A stretch of DNA of 64,000 nucleotides from Chrysomallon squamiferum (taxonomy: Eukaryota > Animalia > Mollusca): contig CM022672.1 of the NCBI GenBank assembly GCA_012295275.1, positions 30,318,001 to 30,382,000 on the forward strand. The letters are read 5' to 3'. Shown in pieces: positions 57,529-64,000 of this stretch. The translations under genes were made by a program, and so were the position numbers. Position 1 is the first letter of the stretch. The number at the start of each line of letters is the position of its first letter. A model generated the notes under the pieces. That model searched no databases. It was not told where the DNA came from and saw nothing but the letters and a program-made list of their open reading frames with translations.

Positions 57529-60500
57529 TTTGTCTGTCTATCTGTCTGTCTGTCTGTCTATCTGTTTTTGTCTGTCTGTCTATCTGTCTGTCTATCTATG
57601 TATCTATATCCTTAACAGGTAGAAAAAAGAAAAAGAAGATAAAATACGAACTAATCAAACGATGCTAATGTCAGTATAAAAATTCCGCCTGCAATCCTGT
57701 AACGCAAACGCGCAAAGTAATGAAACGTGTTTATACCTGTGTGATACTTTGATATCGTTTGGGTCGTTGGTTGTTATTAAAATAATAATGACGTTCACTT
57801 TAATTAATTCAAGATATTAAACTTCTGTGACGTCTACGTTGATTTTTGATTATAGCAGACGAGTTTAATAACATTTTTATTAATCCAGACTAATAGACTT
57901 TCTCTGTTAATGTTCATTATGGGTGGTTTTCGATCATCTTAATTACAATTTTGAAATAGGTATTAATTACAGGTGAGTTTTTACAAAGGTTGTTGAACTT
58001 TATTTTGTCTTTGATGTATCGTCTGATGTTCTTGTTATTTTAAAAATAATCTGTAGGTCACGTGATCTGCGCGTATTTTTATTATTATTCATCATAATCA
58101 TCATCATCGTTATAATCATCGTAATCATCATGATTATTAATATTATTATCATCATCATTATTATTAATATCATCATTAACTCTTATATTTACGTCTGTTA
58201 TCGTTATTATATTATTCATCAGGTGATTTCTGCAAAGAATTAAGGAGTTATTGCTTGTATGCCGTGTAGGTGAGTTGATGTATTTTGTTTATTTATCAGG
58301 TTAGGAGGTACGGGTTTTTATTTATTATTGTTATTCTTTTAAATATTTTTATGTAAGACATAACGTTGATATTGAGAAGACGAAAAAAAAAAAAAAAAAA
58401 AGAATTAAATAAAAAATAAATAAAATATAAAATTATATATATATATACAGACACACACACATATATATAAGAATTTTAAAAAAAAAAAAAAAAAATTAAT
58501 AACGTTAAAAAAAAAAAAAAAAAAAACACAAGAAATTCAGTCATTGTGAGTGTCGCTGTTTCTGTTACTTCACTGAAAATCTGAGATGTTTGATTGAAGA
58601 CAAGAATTATCACCGATCACCAGTTCATGAAATATTGAGCCGTTTAAATCAGAACAAATGAGCTTCTGATCTCTTGCGAATCAAGTTTATCCCCCCTATA
58701 GCTGCGTTACGTCACCAGTGTCATTAATTTGACACATTTTGTTCTTTTTGATTTGACGTGTATCAAAATGTTTTAGTTTAAAGACAGTAATTTATGGTTA
58801 TCGTTATTAGCTATGGTAGCGTAGTCAGTTTGACGTTCTGTCGTAAAGTATAATGTTTTACAATACAATACAAACAGTACAGTACAATACAATACAGTAC
58901 AACTCTGTTGTCTGATATTCTGTCTTATGATTGGTTCTCGTTATAACGTCTGTAACATTAATTCTTTGAATGTGTTTCTTTGTAAACAGAGTATAATGTA
59001 ATACAGTACAATACAGATAATACAATACAGTTGTGTTAGGTGTTTGATATTCTGTAATTTATGATTGCTATTGTTACAACACAATGTCCGTAACATTAAT
59101 TATTTCTGTGTAATTGTTTGTAGGTAAAGTATAATGTAATATAATTCAATATAGGACAACACAATACAATACAATACAATACAATACAATACAGTATAAT
59201 ATAATTGTGCTAACAGTATGATACTCTGTCGTTTGTGATTGGTTCTCCTTATAACATTAATCTAGTATGGTTTATAAGTAGCCGGTTTATAAGTATATAG
59301 TATAATATAATATAATATAATAGTAAAATCAATGTTGTAACCAAATAACTATAAATATTCCTCAAATTGTTTTGACGTAACACGATATTTCTTCTGTGTA
59401 ACCCGATCACCTAATCATCCGTCTGATACAATTTACGTTTATCAAAAGAAACGAATTCGTAATCACGCAGACGACAAAGACGTCTGCTATCCGATCTTGA
59501 AAATGCTCTTTTGATAGAAGTGTTTGAGAAAGCACTCTTATATAAGACGTGACTCGTATTAGATAATGTTAATATAATGCATGAAAAATTGTTTTTAGAA
59601 AATTTGCCGAGCACTTGAATCTGTCAGCAATCAGACAGGTTCATTATGCATTATTAATGACGTAATATCAGCGTTTGTCTTCTGACGTCAGAACTATTTT
59701 TGTAATATTAATTCTGCAAGCTGTAAGTGTACTGGCCGAGATAATGAGATAAAAACAGTCTGATAACTTTCCTCTCTAAGCTTTGAAGCAGATACGCTAA
59801 AATAAGGATTTCTCACTAATTGTTGGCTCATGTGTTTTTGTTTTATATGCAGATTTCCCCAATCCACAGTCATCATGGTCGATGCATCACTTATGGCAGG
59901 TTGCCCGGAACTGCAAAGAGCCCAGTGGGTATACTGGTTTTATTCATTTAGGTTTCTTCATTATTTAACCCAGAGAAGTCGTCCAACATAATCTGTAATT
60001 TGAAATCAGAAAACGTGGGCGTTTGGGGATTCTTTGGTTTACAAGGGGTAAAGGAGATGATATGCCCTACATTCTACAGCGATACGATCCAATTTCTTTT
60101 CTGCTTTGCCCCAGTTTTTCTCACTGTTTTGCTCATTTGTCTCTCTCGTTCTGACACCCACATCTGATAAGCTTCGAAGACTTTATTTATGTGCTACACT
60201 TGTAATCAAAAATGAATAATAACAACAAGATAGTGCAACTTTCTATAAGGGAGTTAACTCTTATTAGGTAAAACACACCACGGACACATCTCTTTGGGGT
60301 TTAACAATTATTTTTCATGGGCTAGAAGCATAGATAAACTAAAAACTGAAGTATTATGACAGTATTAAAATAATATATTCATATTCAGTGCTCCGGGTTT
60401 ATCTCCCATCAGTGCAGTATGAAATCATTCTCATTTTCTTTTTTTTATTACTGTTGTATCTCTGATCTACGAAATACCCACGTTTCTGTGTAAAATGATC

Positions 60501-62561
60501 GTTATGATACGTTATAGTGCGTCTGTTCTGTGTATGAAATGCATTCATGTTATAATGATCATGATATATTACTGATATCTATGAATGAAACACATGCAGG
60601 CTCAAAATGATCATTATGAAACATTGACTATATGTATGAAATACATGCATGCCATATTATTGTACGTCAACTAATGCATAAAATATAATCATGCTATAAC
60701 GATCATTATGAAGTATTTTTGTACGACTATCTCTCTATGAAAGAAATGCATGCATAATGATCATTATAATTTGAAGGACGTTCAGTCATGATAAGTAGGA
60801 TATGGTTTTGACCTTCACGAATTTCTTTCTTGAGAAATAATTTTATGGGTAAATGCTAATATTTATAACAGAGGCGTTTAAATCAGCTACGTATGTCGGT
60901 TAAATATTAATCTGTTCCGTCAACGTTTCTAATTTAATGGAACAGATCACGTCATTCAGTTATCAGATCAAAACGTGTCAGTTTAGCTATCGTACTAGTG
61001 TGTTGCATGTGCGTGTGCGTGAGTTTAAGGGGATGCAGCTATATATCTGTGAATCATAGTCTATCTAAATGTTTGCATTTATATCTGTATGCTTGTGTTT
61101 TTCTGTTTTTTGTGTGTTTGTGTATATCTAGGTCTGTGTACCTATGTATGAGTGCGTAGGTGCGTGCGTGTGTGTTTATGTAGATGCGTCTACTTGTAAT
61201 CTCTATCTATTTGTATATCTGTTTATGTCTGTATGTATGTTTTTGTGGTTTTGTGTGTTTGTGTATATGTAGGTCTATGTAGGAATGTGTGTGTGTGTGT
61301 GCGCGCGCGCGCGTTTTTTTTGTGGTGGTGGTAGGTCTGGATTCAGCTATCCATCAAGAACATCTCGGGTATCATACACACTCTACAATCTCTACTTGTA
61401 ACGTACAGAGTCGTCAAAACGTTTGACAAATACAAATTAAACTGAATACATGAACGTAATTATACAAATTGTCTTTCCCCAATCTTTTACGATTTCATGT
61501 AAAACTGGTCACGTGGTGCAGGATATAAGAAGGCATGTATTTAAAAGTCACCGGAATGCCCAGCGGTCTATTTAGAGTTGTGGCCAGTCTACCGCCAGTG
61601 ATACATCAACTACGTGATTGCAGTTTGGGGAATCCGCACACTAAACATCAGCGCCGACGAATCACGAAACAGTCATACGGAATAACGTACGTGTGTATCT
61701 GTGTGTGTGTGTGCGTGTGAGTATCTGTGTGTATGTGTGTGAGCGTGTCTTTGTGTGTATGTATGTATGTGTTTCTGAGTAGATAGGTATGTATGAATCT
61801 GTATACAGTTATGTGTTTAAGTGAGTGTACGTACGTAAATATGTGTGTGTGTGTGTGTTTGTCTATGTATAGGTGTTTGTATGTCTATGTCTATATGTTT
61901 ATGAATGTCTATATGCCTCTGGGTGTGTGTCTGAGTGTGTGTGTGCGTGTGTTTCTGTATATAGGAATGTACATTTATGTTTGTGCGTATATATGAAGTA
62001 TATATGTATGTGTGTGTGAGCTATATGTGGCTGTACGGACGTGTCTGTATATGTGTATTAATATATGTATGGATGTTTTTATGTGTGTGTTTGTATATTT
62101 GTGTATGTGTGTGTGTGTGTGTCTTGGATGTGTCTTTAATAATTTGTAATTATCCAGTTAATAAGAGATATATTTTTTCAGCTTAATGCTATTTTGGAAT
62201 AATAGTTTTTCTTGATTTCAAAGTTCACTGTTTTCTGCCAAACATGAAATTCTTTTAGTATCTGTCCCATATGAAACTGACAACGATACAAAGAAACAAA
62301 CAAATAAATAAATAATTAAATAATAAACAAATTAACAAAAAAAAATAAAAAAAAATAATAATAAAATAAAAAATAAAAAAAAAAAAAAATAATAATAATA
62401 AAATAATAAAAAAATAAATAAAATAAAAAATAAAATAAAAAAAAATAACGTTTCTTTAATAATAATACAGTTTGTAAAACTAAAAACAAATAACGTTCAT
62501 ATGATAATGAAATGACAGTTATCTGATAATAAATGAATGAATAAATAAAGAATATTACATT

Positions 62562-62593
<32 letters not shown>

Positions 62594-62634
62594 ACGTTCA
62601 TGAAATAATAATAATTAATAATAATAATAATAAA

Positions 62635-62685
<51 letters not shown>

Positions 62686-63070
62686 AATCCTTAGATACGG
62701 TAAGGAAGATATTAAATTCTTACAGTTAAAAACCAGCGTTTCCAGTAATTGACAGCAACTGATTTTAATTTTGAAATCATCGCGTTAACATACCCACTAA
62801 GTACCATTTAACGTTCGTTATTAATGACGTCATATAATTTTGACGTCAATTTAAAGCGTTTTTATTTTAAAAATAAATCTTTTTTTTTTGTGGGGGGGGG
62901 GAGATTTCTTCAGAATAAACCCGTTGCCCCCATTCTCTATCTGCAAAAATAAGTAAATAAGTAAATAATGTATTTAGGTCACTGAATGTGTGTAACCTCT
63001 AGAACTATAAAATAACAAAGTAAACAATAACAAGATAAATAAAAAATAAAAAAAAAAAAAAATAAAAAAA

Positions 63071-63120
63071 ACTCACTCGAGTAACTGTTTGTTTATGCAA
63101 ACCATTGGTCGAGTGAGTTT
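63071..63120 (-). pseudogene. Orphan exon fragment homologous to exon 33513-33399 of the uncharacterised gene
   Basis: 45/50 identity to 33393-33442, encodes KLTRPMVCINKQLL and retains the gtgagt donor. Confidence 0.75.
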
Positions 63121-63308
63121 ATTAAGTAAATAAAATAAAATAATGAATATAAATTTGTAGGTAAAGGGAATGTATATATATACTGGTGTTTGTGTTTGTG
63201 TATTTATGTAGTTTTGTGTCTGTGTGTATGCGTGTATTTCTATGAATGTATACAGGGTATAGAGGGTAAACCAAATAAACCATACGCTCACTGTGAGAGT
63301 ATGTTAAT

Positions 63309-63392
<84 letters not shown>

Positions 63393-63720
63393 GTTAATGT
63401 GAGAGAGAGAGTATTACAAACGAGGATTATCGAGACTAAAGATGGACGAGTTTCCCTGAGGACTGACAAAGCTGGGATGAAATTTCTCGCTCACAAACTA
63501 ATTGGAAGTGACGCCCACGGCGGCAGGATGACAGTCACGACAACATCAGCGAGGCGACGGCGGCCGTTAATAATCGGGGGATTCTTTAAGAAAATTAATA
63601 GCACTGAATTGTGAGAAAATATCGGCTAAGAAGGTATTGTGCTAAACGTCGTATTTGGTGACATATTTATAAATACTGATATCACTTTGACCTCAGAGGA
63701 TTTTCTGTTACATATATTTA

Positions 63721-63770
<50 letters not shown>

Positions 63771-64000
63771 CAACACAAACGCACTCTGACAAACACGAAC
63801 ACACACATATATGTATATACACAGATATAGACATAAACACAGACAGCATCACATTCACTCACAGACGCACAAAGTCACTCATAGATATATGTACGCACGT
63901 ACTAACACTCACAAACACATTCACACAAACACTTACACACATACACACTCAGACAAACATACACCAACATACACACAGACGCAGACAAACACAAACACAC

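Noticed and set aside
63420-63710. GC-richer patch as a coding exon
   Set aside because: No recognisable protein motif or consistent exon chain; it may be regulatory or UTR sequence but this is unsupported.

Overview
AT-rich, microsatellite-dense animal genomic DNA with GT-AG spliceosomal introns; the gene set is consistent with a lophotrochozoan/mollusc-like invertebrate (inference). Most short ORFs in the track are simple-repeat artefacts. Manual exon chaining with phase checks gives six protein-coding genes: (1) a TTC28-like TPR+CHAT gene (-, 13 coding exons, runs off the left end); (2) a head-to-head torsin-4A-like AAA+ ATPase with a single coding exon (+); (3) POFUT1 (-, 7 coding exons, 376 aa, ends HDEL); (4) a 23-exon, ~850-aa uncharacterised coiled-coil/Cys-His protein (-) containing a U12-type AT-AC intron; (5) an ankyrin-repeat SOCS-box protein (+); (6) an ETH-receptor/TRHR-like class A GPCR (-). 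The most striking non-gene signal is at least nine unrelated tandem arrays that start exactly at a splice junction and copy the exon end plus splice site into the intron, creating trains of decoy sites. Also seen: a spliced uORF, a 50-bp exon-plus-donor copy 30 kb from its parent, a promoter fragment copied into its own intron, and frame-breaking indels in three unrelated genes (probably consensus errors). No rRNA, tRNA, CRISPR array or autonomous transposon was recognised.
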